Source: Eledone cirrhosa
Lineage: Eukaryota
Direction: 5' to 3'
Assembly (NCBI GenBank): GCA_964016885.1
Contig: OZ024760.1
Location: forward strand, 30,938,001 to 31,002,000
DNA length: 64,000 nt
Part shown: positions 1-15,000 of the stretch, piece by piece
Position numbering within the stretch: the first letter of the stretch is position 1
How the letters are laid out: every line of letters begins with the position of its first letter
The notes under the pieces: model-generated
Seen by the model: only the letters and a program-made list of their open reading frames with translations
Databases searched by the model: none
What the model was told of the DNA's origin: nothing
Translations under genes and position numbers: made by a program

Positions 1-3000
1 GTAATGTAATGTAATGTAATGTAATGTAATGTAATGTAAGGTAATGAAATGTAATGTAATGTAATGTGTAATGTAATATAATGTAATGTAATGTAATGTA
101 ATGTAATGTAATGTAACGTAACGTAACGTAATGTAATGTAATGTAATGTAATGTGTAATGTTTAATGTGTAATGTAATGTAATGTAATGTAATGTAATGT
201 AATGTAATGTGTAATGTGTAAAGTAATGTAATGTAATGTAATATGTAACGTAATGTAATGTTATGTAATGTGTAATGTAATGTAATGTAATGTAACGTGT
301 AATGTAATGTAATGTAATGTAATGTAATGTAATGTGTAATGTAATGTAATGTAATGTAATCTAATGTGTAATGTCATGTAATGTAATGTAATGTGTAATG
401 TCATGTAATGTAATGTCATGTCATGTAATGTAATGTAATGTGTAATGTAATGTAATGTAATGTAATGTAATGTAATGTAATGTAATGTAATGTGTAATGT
501 AATGTAATGTAATGTAATATGTAATGTAATGTAATGTAATGTGTAATGTAATGTAATGTAATGTAATGTGTAATGTGTAATGTAATGTAATGTAATGTAA
601 TGTAATGTAATGTAACGTGTAATGTAACGTGTAATGTAATGTAATGTAATATAATGTAATGTAATGTAATGTAATGTAATGTAATGTAATGTGGAACGTA
701 ATGTAATGTAATGTAATGTAATGTAATGTGTAATGTAATGTAATGTAATGTAATGTAATGTAACGTAATGTAATGTAATGTGTAATGTAATGTAATGTAA
801 TGTAATGTAATGTAATGTAAAGTGTAATGTAGTGTTATGTATTGTAATGTAATGTAATGTGTAACGTAATGTAATGTAATGTAATGTATGTAATATAATG
901 TAATGTAATGTGTAATGTAATGTAATGTAATGTAATGTAATGTAATGCAATGTGTAATGTAATATAATATAATGTGTAATGTAGTGTAACGTAATGAAAT
1001 GTAATGTAATGTAATCTAATGTAATGTAATGTAATGTAATGTAATGTAATGTAATGTAATATAATGTAATGTGTAATGTAATCATAATGTAATGTGTAAT
1101 GTAATGTAATGTGTAATGTAATGTAATATGTAATATAATGTAATGTAATGTAATGTAATGTAATGTAAAGTAATGTGTAATGTAATGTAATGTAATGTAA
1201 TGTAATGTAATGTAATGTAATGTAATGTAATGTAATGTAATGTAACGTAATGTAATGTAATGTAATGTAATGTAATGTAATGTAATGTAATGTAATGTAA
1301 TGTAATGTAATGTAATGTAATGTAATGTAATGTAATGTAATGTAATGTAATGTGTAATGTGTAAAGTAATGTAATGTAATGTAATGTGTAATGTAATGTA
1401 ATTTAATGTAATGTGTAATGTAATGTAATGTAATGTAACGTGTAATGTAATGTAATGTAATGTAATGTAATGTAATGTGTAATGTAATGTAATGTAATGT
1501 AATGTAATGTGTAATGTCATGTAATGTAATGTAATGTATGTAATGTAATGTAATGTAATGTAATGTAATGTAATGTAATGTAATGTAATGTAATGTAATG
1601 TAATGTAATGTAATGTAATGTAATGTATTGTAATGTAATGTAATGTAATGTAATGTAATGTATTGTAATGTAATGTAATGTAATGTAATGTAATGTAATG
1701 TAATGTAATGTAATGTAATGTGTAATGTAATGTAATGTAATGTGTAATGTAATGTAATGTGTAATGTAATGTAATGTAATGTAATGTAACGTGTAATGTA
1801 ACGTGTAATGTAATGTAATGTAATGTAATATAATGTAATGTAATGTAATGTAATGTAATGTAATGTAATGTAATGTGTAATGTAATGTAATGTAATGTAA
1901 TACAACGTGTAATGTCATGTAATGTAATGTAATGTAATGTATAGTAATGTGTAATGTAATGTAATGTAATGTAATGTAATGTAATGTAATGTAATGTAAT
2001 GTAATGTAATGTAATGTAATGTGTAATGTAATGTAATGTAATGTAATATAATGTAATGTAATGTAATGTAATGCAATGTGTAATGTAATGTAATTTAATG
2101 TGTAATGTAATGTAATGTAATGTGTAATGTAATGTAATGTAATGTAATGTAATGTAATGTGTAATGTAATGTAATGTAATGTAATGTAATGTAATGTAAT
2201 GTAATGTATGTAATATAATGTAATGTAATGTGTAATGTAATGTAATGTAATGTAATGTAATGTAATGCAATGTGTAATGTAATGTAATTTAATGTGTAAT
2301 GTAATGTAATGTAATGTGTAATGTAATGTAATGTAACGTAATGTGTAATGTAATGTAATGTAATGTAATGTAATGTGTAATGTCATGTAATGTAAGGTAA
2401 TGTATAGTAATGTGTAATGTAATGTAATGTAATGTGTAATGTAATGTAATGTGTAATGTAATGTAATGTAATGTAATGTAATGTAATGTAATGTAATGTA
2501 ATGTAATGTGTAATGTAATGTAATGTGTAATGTAATGTGTAATGTAATGTGTAATGTAATGTGTAATGTAATGTAATCTAATGTAATGTAATGTAATGTA
2601 ATGTAACGGGTAATGTAATGTAATGTAATGTAATGTAATGTAATGTAATGTAACGGGTAATGTAATGTAATCTAATGTAACGTAATGTAATGTAATGTGT
2701 AATGTAATGTAATGTAATGTAATGTAATGTAATGTAATGTAATGTAATGTAATGTAATGTGTAATGTAATGTAATGTAATGTAATGTAACGGGTAATGTA
2801 ATGTAATGTAATGTAATGTGTAATGTAATGTAATGTAATGTAACGGGTAATGTAATGTAATGTAATGTAATGCAACGTGTAATGTAATGTAATTTAATTT
2901 ATAATGTAATGTAATGTAATGTGTAATGTAATGTAATGTAATGTGTAATGTAATGTAATGTAATGTAATATGTAATGTAATGTAATGTAATGTAATGTAA

Positions 3001-6000
3001 TGTAATGAAATGTAATGTAATGTAATATAATGTAATGTAATGTGTAATGTAATGTAATATAATGTAATGTGTATTGTAATGTAATGTGTAATGTAATGTA
3101 ACGTAATGTAATCTAATGTAATGTAATGTAATGTGTAATGTAATGTAATGTAATATAATGTAATATGTAATGTAATGTAATGTAATGTGTAATGTAACGT
3201 AATGTAATGTAATGTAATGTAATGTAATGTAATGTTTAATGTAATGTAATGTGTAATGTAATGTAATGTAATGTAATGTAATGTGTAATGTAATGCAATG
3301 TGTAATGTAATGTAATGTAATGTAATGTAATGTGTAATGTAATGTAATGTAACGTAATGTAATGTGTAATGTAATGTAATGTAATGTAATGTAATGTAAT
3401 GTAATGTAATGTAATGTAATGTAACGTAAGGTAATGTAATGTGTAATGTAATGTAATGTAATGTAATGTAATGTAATGTAATGTAATATAATATAATGTA
3501 ATGTAATTCAACGTGTAATGTAATGTAATGTAATGTAATGCAATGTGTAATGTAATGTAATGCAATGTGTAATGTAATGTAATGTAATGTAATGTAATGT
3601 AATGTAATGTAATTTAATTTAATTTAATGTAATGTAATGTAATGTAATGTAATGTAATGTAATGTGTAATGTAATGTAATGTAATGTAATGTAACGTAAT
3701 GTAATGTAAAGTGTAATGTAGTGTAATGTAATGTAATGTGTAACGTAATGTAATGTAATGTAACGTAATGTAATGTAATGTAATGTATGTAATATAATGT
3801 AATGTAATGTGTAATGTAATGTAATGTAATGTAATACAATGTGTAATGTAATGTAATGTAATGTGTAATGTAATGTAATGTAATGTAATGTGTAATGTAA
3901 TGTAATGTAATGTAACGTGTAATGTAATGTAATGTAATGTAATGTAATGTAATGTAATGTAATGTAATATAATGTAATATGTAATGTAATGTAATGTAAT
4001 GTGTAATGTCATGTAATGTAATGTCATGTCATGTAATGTAATGTAATGTGTAATGTAATGTAATGTAATGTAATGTAATGTAATGTAATGTAATGTAATG
4101 TGTAATGTAATGTAATGTAATGTAATATGTAATGTAATGTAATGTAATGTGTAATGTAATGTAATGTAATGTAATGTGTAATGTGTAATGTAATGTAATG
4201 TAATGTAATGTAATGTAACGTGTAATGTAACTTGTAATGTAATGTAATGTAATGTAATATAATGTAATGTAATGAAATGTAATGTAATGTAATGTAATGT
4301 GGAACGTAATGTAATGTAATGTAATGTAATGTAATGTGTAATGTAATGTAATGTAATGTAATGTAATGTAACGTAATGTAATGCAATGTGTAATGTAATG
4401 TAATGTAATGTAATGTAATGTAATGTAATGTAAAGTGTAATGTAGTGTTATGTAATGTAATGTAATGTAATGTGTAACGTAATGTAATGTAATGTAATGT
4501 ATGTAATATAATGTAATGTAATGTGTAATGTAATGTAATGTAATGTAATGTAATGTAATGCAATGTGTAATGTAATATAATATAATGTGTAATGTAGTGT
4601 AACGTAATGAAATGTAAAGTAATGTAATCTAATGTAATGTAATGTAATGTAATGTAATGTAATGTAATGTAATGTAATATAATGTAATGTGTAATGTAAT
4701 CATAATGTAATGTGTAATGTAATGTAATGTGTAATGTAATGTAATGTAATGTAATGCAATGTGTAATGTAATGTAATGTAATGTGTAATGTAATGTAATG
4801 TAATGTAATGTGTAATGTAATGTAATGTAATGTAACGTGTAATGTAATGTAATGTAATGTAATGTAATGTAATGTAATGTAATGTAATATAACGTAATAT
4901 GTAATGTAATGTAATGTAATGTAATGTAATGTAATGTAATGTAATGTGCAATTTGTAATGTAATGTAATGTAATGTAATGTAATGTAATGTAATGTAACG
5001 TAATGTAATGTAATGTAATTAATGTAATGTAATGTAAAGTAATGTAATGTAATGTAATGTAATGTAATGTAATGTGTAACGTGTAATGTAATGTAATGTA
5101 ATGTAATGTAATGTAATGTGTAACGTGTAATGTAATGTAATATAATGTAATGTAATGTGTAATGTAATGTAATGTAATGTAATGTGTAATGTAATGTAAT
5201 GTAATGTAATGTGTAATGTAATGTAATGTATTGTAATGTAATGTGTAATGTAATGTAATGTAATGTTTAATGTCATGTAATGTAAGGTAATGTGTAATGT
5301 CATGTAATGTAATGTCATGTCATTTAATGTAATGTGTAATGTAATGTAATGTAATGTAATGTAATGTGTAATGTAATGTAATGTAATGTAATGTAATGTA
5401 ATGTAATATAATGTAATGTGTAATGTAATGTAATGTAATGTAATGTGTAATGTAATGTAATGTAATGTGTAATGTAATGTAATGTAATGTAATGTAATGT
5501 AACGTGTAATGTAACGTGTAATGTAATGTAATGTAATGTAATGTAGTGTAATGTAATGTAATGTAATGTAATGTGTAATGTAATGTAATATAATGTGTAA
5601 TGTCATGTAATGTAATGTAATGTAATGTAATGTATAGTAATGTGTAATGTAATGTAATGTAATGTAATGTGTAATGTAGTGTAATGTGTAATCTAATGTG
5701 TAATGTAATGTAATGTGTAATGTAATGTAATGTAATGTGTAATGTAATGTAATGTAATGTAATGTAACGTAATGTAATGTGTAATGTAATGTAATGTAAT
5801 GTGTAATGTAATGTAATGTAATGTAATGTAATGTAATGTAATGTAATGTAATGTAATGTAATGTGTAATGTGTAATGTGATGTAATCTAATGTAATGTAA
5901 TGTAATGTAATGTAATGTGTAATGTAATTTAATGTAATGTAATGTAATGTAATGTAATGTAATGTAATGTAATGTAATATAATGTAATATAATGTAATGT

Positions 6001-9000
6001 AATGTAATGCAATGTGTAATGTAATGTAATGTAATGTAATGCAATGTGTAACATAATGTAATTTAATGTGTAATGTAATGTAATGTAATGTGTAATGTAA
6101 TGTAATATAATGTAATATAATGTAATGTAATGTAATGCAATGTGTAATGTAATGTAATGTAATGTAATGCAATGTGTAACATAATGTAATTTAATGTGTA
6201 ATGTAATGTAATGTAACGTGTAATGTAATGTAATGTAATGTAATGTAATGTAATGTATGTAATATAATGTAATGTAATGTGTAATGTAATGTAATGTAAT
6301 GTAATGTAATGCAATGTGTAATGTAATGTAATTTAATGTGTAATGTAATGTAATGTAATGTGTAATGTAATGTAATGTAATGTAATGTGTAATGTAATGT
6401 AATGTAATGTGTAATGTAATGTAATGTAATGTAATGTAATGTAATGTAATGTAATGTAATGTAATGTAATGTAATGTAATGTGTAATGTAATGTAATGTA
6501 ATGTAATGTAATGTAATGTAATGTAATGTGTAATGTAATGTTATGTAACGTAATGTGTAATGTAATGTAATGTAATGTAATGTAATGTGTAATGTGTAAT
6601 GTAATGTAATGTAATGTAACGTGTAATGTAACGTGTAATGTAATGTAATGTAATATAACGTAATGTAACGTAATGTAATGTAATGTAATGTAATGTAATG
6701 TAATGTAATGTGTAATGTAATGTAATGTGTAATGTAATGTAATGTAATCTAATGTAATGTAATGTAATGTGTAATGTAATGTAATGTAATGTAATGTAAT
6801 GTAATGTAATGTAATGTAATGTAATGTGTAATGTAATGTAATGTAATATAATGTGTAATGTCATGTAATGTAATGTAATGTATAGTAATGTGTAATGTAA
6901 TGTAATGTTTATGTAATGTGTAAAGTAATGTAATGTGTAATGTAATGTAATGTAATGTAATGTAATGTATAGTAATGTGTAATGTAATGTAATGTAATGT
7001 AATGTAATGTAATATGTAATGTAATGTAATGTGTAATGTAATGTAATGTAATGTAATGTAATGTAATGTAATGTAATGTAATGTAATGTAATGTGTAATG
7101 TAATGTAATGTGTAATATAATGTAATGTAATGTAATGTGTAATGTAATGTAATGTAACGTAATGTAATGTGTAATGTAATGTAATGTGTAATGTAATGTA
7201 ATGTAATGTAATGTAATGTAATGTAATGTAATGTAATGTAATGTAATGTAATGTAATGTAATGTAATGTAATGTAATGTAATGTAATGTAATGTGTAATG
7301 TAATGTAATGTAATGTAATGTAATGTAATGTAATGTAATGTAATGTAATGTAATGTAATGTAATGTAATATAATGTAATGTAATGCAATGTGTAATGTAA
7401 TGTAATGTAATGCAACGTGTAATGTAATGTAATGCAATGTGTAATGTAATGTAATGTAATGTAATGTAATGTATTGTAATGTAATGTAATGTAATGTAAT
7501 TTAATGTAATGTAATGTAATGTAATGTAATGTAATGTAATGTAATGTGTAATGTAATGTAATGTAATGTAACGTAATGTAATGTAATGTAAAGTGTAATG
7601 TAGTGTTATGTAATGTAATGTAATGTAATGTGTAACGTAATGTAATGTAATGTAACGTAATGTAATGTAATATAATGTCTAATGTAATGTAAAGTAATGT
7701 AATGTGTAATGTAATGTAATGTAATATAATGTGTAATGTAATGTAATGTAATGTAATATAATGTAATGTGTCATGTAATGTAATGTAATGTGTAATGTAA
7801 TGTAATGTGTAATGTAATGTAATGTGTAATGTAATGTAATGTAATGTAATGTAATGTAAGGTAATGAAATGTAATGTAATGTAATGTGTAATGTAATATA
7901 ATGTAATGTAATGTAATGTAATGTAATGTAATATAATGTCTAATGTAATGTAAAGTAATGTAATGTGTAATGTAATGTAATGTAATATAATGTGTAATGT
8001 AATGTAATGTAATGTAATGTAATGTAATATAATGTAATGTGTAATGTAATGTAATGTAATGTGAAATGTAATGTAATGTGTAATGTAATGTAATGTGTAA
8101 TGTAATGTAATGTAATGTAATGTAATGTAATGTAATGTAATGTAATGTAAGGTAATGAAATGTAATGTAATGTAATGTGTAATGTAATATAATGTAATGT
8201 AATGTAATGTAATGTAATGTAATGTAACGTAACGTAACGTAATGTAATGTAATGTAATGTAATGTGTAATGTTTAATGTGTAATGTAATGTAATGTAATG
8301 TAATGTAATGTAATGTAATGTGTAATGTGTAAAGTAATGTAATGTAATGTAATATGTAACGTAATGTAATGTTATGTAATGTGTAATGTAATGTAATGTA
8401 ATGTAACGTGTAATGTAATGTAATGTAATGTAATGTAATGTAATGTGTAATGTAATGTAATGTAATGTAATCTAATGTGTAATGTCATGTAATGTAATGT
8501 AATGTGTAATGTCATGTAATGTAATGTCATGTCATGTAATGTAATGTAATGTGTAATGTAATGTAATGTAATGTAATGTAATGTAATGTAATGTAATGTA
8601 ATGTGTAATGTAATGTAATGTAATGTAATATGTAATGTAATGTAATGTAATGTGTAATGTAATGTAATGTAATGTAATGTGTAATGTGTAATGTAATGTA
8701 ATGTAATGTAATGTAATGTAATGTAACGTGTAATGTAACGTGTAATGTAATGTAATGTAATATAATGTAATGTAATGTAATGTAATGTAATGTAATGTAA
8801 TGTGGAACGTAATGTAATGTAATGTAATGTAATGTAATGTGTAATGTAATGTAATGTAATGTAATGTAATGTAACGTAATGTAATGTAATGTGTAATGTA
8901 ATGTAATGTAATGTAATGTAATGTAATGTAAAGTGTAATGTAGTGTTATGTATTGTAATGTAATGTAATGTGTAACGTAATGTAATGTAATGTAATGTAT

Positions 9001-12000
9001 GTAATATAATGTAATGTAATGTGTAATGTAATGTAATGTAATGTAATGTAATGTAATGTAATGCAATGTGTAATGTAATATAATATAATGTGTAATGTAG
9101 TGTAACGTAATGAAATGTAATGTAATGTAATCTAATGTAATGTAATGTAATGTAATGTAATGTAATGTAATGTAATATAATGTAATGTGTAATGTAATCA
9201 TAATGTAATGTGTAATGTAATGTAATGTGTAATGTAATGTAATATGTAATATAATGTAATGTAATGTAATGTAATGTAATGTAATGTAATGTAATGTAAT
9301 GTAATGTAATGTAATGTAATGTAATGTAATGTAATGTAATGTAATGTAACGTAATGTAATGTAATGTAATGTAATGTAATGTAATGTAATGTAATGTAAT
9401 GTAATGTAATGTAATGTAATGTAATGTAATGTAATGTAATGTGTAATGTGTAAAGTAATGTAATGTAATGTAATGTGTAATGTAATGTAATTTAATGTAA
9501 TGTGTAATGTAATGTAATGTAATGTAACGTGTAATGTAATGTAATGTAATGTAATGTAATGTAATGTGTAATGTAATGTAATGTAATGTAATGTAATGTG
9601 TAATGTCATGTAATGTAATGTAATGTATGTAATGTAATGTAATGTAATGTAATGTAATGTAATGTAATGTAATGTAATGTAATGTAATGTAATGTAATGT
9701 AATGTAATGTAATGTATTGTAATGTAATGTAATGTAATGTAATGTAATGTATTGTAATGTAATGTAATGTAATGTAATGTAATGTAATGTAATGTAATGT
9801 AATGTAATGTGTAATGTAATGTAATGTAATGTGTAATGTAATGTAATGTGTAATGTAATGTAATGTAATGTAATGTAACGTGTAATGTAACGTGTAATGT
9901 AATGTAATGTAATGTAATATAATGTAATGTAATGTAATGTAATGTAATGTAATGTAATGTAATGTGTAATGTAATGTAATGTAATGTAATACAACGTGTA
10001 ATGTCATGTAATGTAATGTAATGTAATGTATAGTAATGTGTAATGTAATGTAATGTAATGTAATGTAATGTAATGTAATGTAATGTAATGTAATGTAATG
10101 TAATGTAATGTAATGTGTAATGTAATGTAATGTAATGTAATATAATGTAATGTAATGTAATGTAATGCAATGTGTAATGTAATGTAATTTAATGTGTAAT
10201 GTAATGTAATGTAATGTGTAATGTAATGTAATGTAATGTAATGTAATGTAATGTGTAATGTAATGTAATGTAATGTAATGTAATGTAATGTAATGTAATG
10301 TATGTAATATAATGTAATGTAATGTGTAATGTAATGTAATGTAATGTAATGTAATGTAATGCAATGTGTAATGTAATGTAATTTAATGTGTAATGTAATG
10401 TAATGTAATGTGTAATGTAATGTAATGTAACGTAATGTGTAATGTAATGTAATGTAATGTAATGTAATGTGTAATGTCATGTAATGTAATGTAATGTATA
10501 GTAATGTGTAATGTAATGTAATGTAATGTGTAATGTAATGTAATGTGTAATGTAATGTAATGTAATGTAATGTAATGTAATGTAATGTAATGTAATGTAA
10601 TGTGTAATGTAATGTAATGTGTAATGTAATGTGTAATGTAATGTGTAATGTAATGTGTAATGTAATGTAATCTAATGTAATGTAATGTAATGTAATGTAA
10701 CGGGTAATGTAATGTAATGTAATGTAATGTAATGTAATGTAATGTAATGTAACGGGTAATGTAATGTAATCTAATGTAACGTAATGTAATGTAATGTGTA
10801 ATGTAATGTAATGTAATGTAATGTAATGTAATGTAATGTAATGTAATGTAATGTAATGTGTAATGTAATGTAATGTAATGTAATGTAACGGGTAATGTAA
10901 TGTAATGTAATGTAATGTGTAATGTAATGTAATGTAATGTAACGGGTAATGTAATGTAATGTAATGTAATGCAACGTGTAATGTAATGTAATTTAATTTG
11001 TAATGTAATGTAATGTAATGTGTAATGTAATGTAATGTAATGTGTAATGTAATGTAATGTAATGTAATATGTAATGTAATGTAATGTAATGTAATGTAAT
11101 GTAATGAAATGTAATGTAATGTAATATAATGTAATGTAATGTGTAATGTAATGTAATATAATGTAATGTGTATTGTAATGTAATGTGTAATGTAATGTAA
11201 CGTAATGTAATCTAATGTAATGTAATGTAATGTGTAATGTAATGTAATGTAATATAATGTAATATGTAATGTAATGTAATGTAATGTGTAATGTAACGTA
11301 ATGTAATGTAATGTAATGTAATGTAATGTAATGTTTAATGTAATGTAATGTGTAATGTAATGTAATGTAATGTAATGTAATGTGTAATGTAATGCAATGT
11401 GTAATGTAATGTAATGTAATGTAATGTAATGTGTAATGTAATGTAATGTAACGTAATGTAATGTGTAATGTAATGTAATGTAATGTAATGTAATGTAATG
11501 TAATGTAATGTAATGTAATGTAACGTAAGGTAATGTAATGTGTAATGTAATGTAATGTAATGTAATGTAATGTAATGTAATGTAATATAATATAATGTAA
11601 TGTAATTCAACGTGTAATGTAATGTAATGTAATGTAATGCAATGTGTAATGTAATGTAATGCAATGTGTAATGTAATGTAATGTAATGTAATGTAATGTA
11701 ATGTAATTTAATTTAATGTAATGTAATGTAATGTAATGTAATGTAATGTAATGTAATGTGTAATGTAATGTAATGTAATGTAATGTAACGTAATGTAATG
11801 TAAAGTGTAATGTAGTGTAATGTAATGTAATGTGTAACGTAATGTAATGTAATGTAACGTAATGTAATGTAATGTAATGTATGTAATATAATGTAATGTA
11901 ATGTGTAATGTAATGTAATGTAATGTAATACAATGTGTAATGTAATGTAATGTAATGTGTAATGTAATGTAATGTAATGTAATGTGTAATGTAATGTAAT

Positions 12001-15000
12001 GTAATGTAACGTGTAATGTAATGTAATGTAATGTAATGTAATGTAATGTAATGTAATGTAATATAATGTAATATGTAATGTAATGTAATGTAATGTGTAA
12101 TGTAATGTAATGTCATGTAATGTAATGTAATGTAATATAATTGTTTCTACTTTAGGCACAAGGCCAGCAATTACCCAGTGCATTACTGGTACTTTATTTT
12201 ATCGACCCCGTAAGGATGAAAGGCAAAGTCAACCTCGGCGGGATTTGAACTCAGATCGTAAAGGGACGTAACTATGCTGGAAAGCATGGCGTCCGACCCT
12301 CTGTAATGTAATATAATGTAATGTAATGTGCAGTTTGTAATGTAATGTAATGTAATGTAATGTAATGTAATGTAATGTAATGTAACGTAATGTAATGTAA
12401 TGTAATTAATGTAATGTAATGTCAAGTAATGTAATGTAATGTAATGTAATGTAATGTAATGTAATGTGTAACGTGTAATGTAATGTAATGTAATGTAATG
12501 TAATGTAATGTAATGTGTAACGTGTAATGTAATGTAATATAATGTAATATAATGTGTAATGTAATGTAATGTAATGTAATGTGTAATGTAATGTAATGTA
12601 ATGTAATGTGTAATGTAATGTATTGTAATGTAATGTGTAATGTAATGTAATGTAATGTAATGTAATGTTTAATGTCATGTAATGTAAGGTAATGTGTAAT
12701 GTCATGTAATGTAATGTCATATCATTTAATGTAATGTGTAATGTAATGTAATGTAATGTAATGTAATGTGTAATGTAATGTAATGTAATGTAATGTAATG
12801 TAATATAATGTAATGTGTAATGTAATGTAATGTAATGTAATGTGTAATGTAATGTAATGTAATGTGTAATGTAATGTAATGTAATGTAATGTAACGTGTA
12901 ATGTAACGTGCAATGTAATGTAATGTAATGTAATGTAATGTAATGTAATGTAATGTAATGTAATGTAATGTGTAATGTAATGTAATATAATGTGTAATGT
13001 CATGTAATGTAATGTAATGTAATGTATAGTAATGTGTAATGTAATGTAATGTAATGTAATGTGTAATGTAATGTAATGTGTAATGTAATGTGTAATGTAA
13101 TGTGTAATGTAATGTAATGTGTAATGTAATGTAATGTAATGTAATGTAATGTAATGTAATGTGTAATGTGTAATGTAATGTAATCTAATGTAATGTAATG
13201 TAATGTAATGTAATGTAATGTGTAATGTAATGTAATGTAATGTAATGTAATGTAATGTAATGTAATATAATGTAATATAATGTAATGTAATGCAATGTGT
13301 AATGTAATGTAATGTAATGTAATGCAATGTGTAACATAATGTAATTTAATGTGTAATGTAATGTAATGTAATGTAATGTGTAATGTAATGTAATGTAATG
13401 TAATGTGTAATATAATGTAAAGTAATGTAATGTAATGTGTAATGTAATGTAATGTAATGTAATGTATGTAATATAATGTAATGTAATGTGTAATGTAATG
13501 TAATGTAATGTAATGTAATGCAATGTGTAATGTAATGTAATTTAATGTGTAATGTAATGTAATGTAATGTGTAATGTAATGTAATGTAATGTAATGTGTA
13601 ATGTAATGTAATGTAATGTGTAATGTAATGTAATGTAATGTAATATAATGTAATGTAATGTGTAATGTCATGTAATGTAATGTAATGTGTAATGTAATGT
13701 AATGTAATGTAATGTAATGTAATGTAATGTAATGTAATGTAATGTAATGTAATGTGTAATGTAATGTAATGTAACGTAATGTGTAATGTAATGTAATATA
13801 ATGTAATGTAATATAATGTGTAATGTGTAATGTAATGTAATGTAATGTAACGTGTAATGTAACGTGTAATGTAATGTAATGTAATATAACGTAATGTAAC
13901 GTAATGTAATGTAATCTAATGTAATGTAATGTAATGTGTAATGTAATGTAATGTAATATAATGTAATATGTAATGTAATGTAATGTAATGTGTAATTTAA
14001 CGTAATGTAATGTAATGTAATGTAATGTTTAATGTAATGTAATGTGTAATGTAATGTAATGTAATGTAATGTAATGTGTAATGTAATGCAATGTGTAATG
14101 TAATGTAATGTAATGTAATGTAATGTGTAATGTAATGTAATGTAACGTAATGTAATGTGTAATGTAATGTAATGTGTAATGTAATGTAATGTAATGTAAT
14201 GTAATGTAATGTAATGTAATGTAACGTAAGGTAATGTAATGTGTAATGTGATGTAATGTAATGTAATGTAATGTAATGTAATGTAATATAATATAATGTA
14301 ATGTAATTCAACGTGTAATGTAATGTAATGTAATGTAATGCAATGTGTAATGTAATGTAATGCAATGTGTAATGTAATGTAATGTAATGTAATGTAATGT
14401 AATGTAATGTAATTTAATGTAATGTAATGTAATGTAATGTAATGTAATGTAATGTAATGTGTAATGTAATGTAATGTAATGTAATGTAATGTAATGTAAT
14501 GTAAAGTGTAATGTAGTGTAATGTAATGTAATGTAATGTAATGTGTAACGTAATGTAATGTAATGTAACGTAATGTAATGTAATGTAATGTATGTAATAT
14601 AATGTAATGTAATGTGTAATGTAATGTAATGTAATGCAATGTGTAATGTAATGTATTGTAATGTGTAATGTAATGTAATGTAATGTAATGTGTAATGTAA
14701 TGTAATGTAATGTAACGTCTAATGTAATGTAATGTAATGTAATGTAATGTAATGTAATGTAATGTAATGCAATGTGTAATGTAATGTAATGTAACGTGTA
14801 ATGTAATGTAATGTAATGTAATGTAACGTGTAATGTAATGTAATGTGTAATGTAATGTAATGTAATGTAATGTAATGTAATGTAATGTAATGTGTAATGT
14901 AATGTAATGTAATGTAATGTAATGTAATGTAATGTAATGTAATGTAATGTAATGTAATGTGTAATGTAATGTGTAATGTAATGTAATGTAATGTAACGTA